Assembly (NCBI RefSeq): GCF_036321535.1
Contig: NC_087448.1
Span: 53,692,001 to 53,756,000 of the forward strand
Direction: 5' to 3'
Origin: Camelus dromedarius
Taxonomy: Eukaryota
DNA length: 64,000 nucleotides
Of the stretch, positions 63,236-64,000 are shown piece by piece (position 1 is the first letter of the stretch; the number at the start of each line of letters is the position of its first letter). The position numbers and the translations under genes are program-made. Below the pieces are notes generated by a model. That model was not told the origin of the DNA. It was given only the letters and a program-made list of their open reading frames with translations, and did not search any database.

Positions 63236-63238
<3 letters not shown>

Positions 63239-63282
<44 letters not shown>
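63239..63282. repeat. (GT)17(AT)5 compound microsatellite
   Basis: Read directly. Confidence 0.95.
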
Positions 63283-63904
63283 GCTTTTTTTCCGGGTCCA
63301 CCCATCATACTATTCATCACAGTATTCAAGAGATCACAGAACCCAGAAGTTAAGATATTTATTCCAAATTCTCTCCTCTTGCCTCAATCTCCCATTCTCC
63401 CCTTCTGCATCTTTCCTGACCTCAGATTCCTCCCCTTTGTTTACTAAGATGATCTGAGTCATCCAGTATGAGCTTCTATCTCTCACCTCCTCAATTCTCA
63501 CAAGATCCACTTCTCCCTTTCTTTCATTCTTAAAGGAGGAGATGTTTTCCTGTCTACCCAAAGTCAATAGTTCCTCATTTTAATCTTTATCTTTTATTTT
63601 CTACTTAGATATCTTGCCCCATCAATTATCTCATGTTTTCCCAGTATCTTTAATCTCTTATACTCTCTCCACTTCCCTCTTCCTGAACTGTGGGGTTTGG
63701 ACAAAGGGAAAGACATCTCTACTTCACTCTGCTGCCCATCCCCTCCCCCTGATATTTGATGGGCAGGGAATAAGAGGGATTAAGATGAGCACAATCTCCG
63801 CCTTTGTAGACTCTCCACTGAGGTCAAGGATGCAGACAAGTGATAAGCCAGTGGTCCTCAGAACCATGACAGAAGAAGAGCTGAGTGACTGCAGGAATAC
63901 ACAG

Positions 63905-64000
63905 CATCCAAACCCCTGGCCACTACTGTATTTTCTGTCCCTAGAGATTTTGCTGTTATGGACAGTTCACATAAATGGAATCATGCAACATGTGGTCTTT
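63905..64000 (-). mobile_element. L1M 3' remnant running off the window
   Basis: cccctggccactactgtattttctgtccctagag...ataaatggaatcatgcaacatgtggtcttt, antisense L1MB/MC-type text. Confidence 0.65.

Overview
Mammalian genomic DNA, probably camelid (inferred from a tRNA-Ala(AGC)-derived SINE family and the L1 3' ends). The window holds the whole LCP1 (L-plastin) gene on the minus strand. It has a non-coding exon 1 (55578-55687) and 15 coding exons, all joined by GT-AG introns, giving 1884 nt = 627 aa + stop. The 3'UTR is about 1.65 kb with AATAAA at 6286-6291. The promoter carries TATA, PU.1/ETS, RUNX and tandem NF-kB motifs. Just upstream, on the opposite strand, lie a solo LTR (57038-57704) and a defective class I provirus (57783-62081) with a Lys-tRNA PBS, gag/pro remnants and a truncated 3' LTR. 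Introns contain L1, SINE, MIR, L2, MLT1, MER5 and Tigger elements. I found no new protein-coding gene. The most unusual items are: (1) a twin-primed L1 inserted inside the exon 14 splice acceptor, whose inverted piece appears to supply a replacement branch point; (2) a template-switch insertion that builds a perfect 21-bp hairpin in intron 7; (3) the LTR/ERV cluster beside the promoter; (4) a CTCF motif inside a near-perfect palindrome. Family names and orthologue comparisons come from memory, not database searches.
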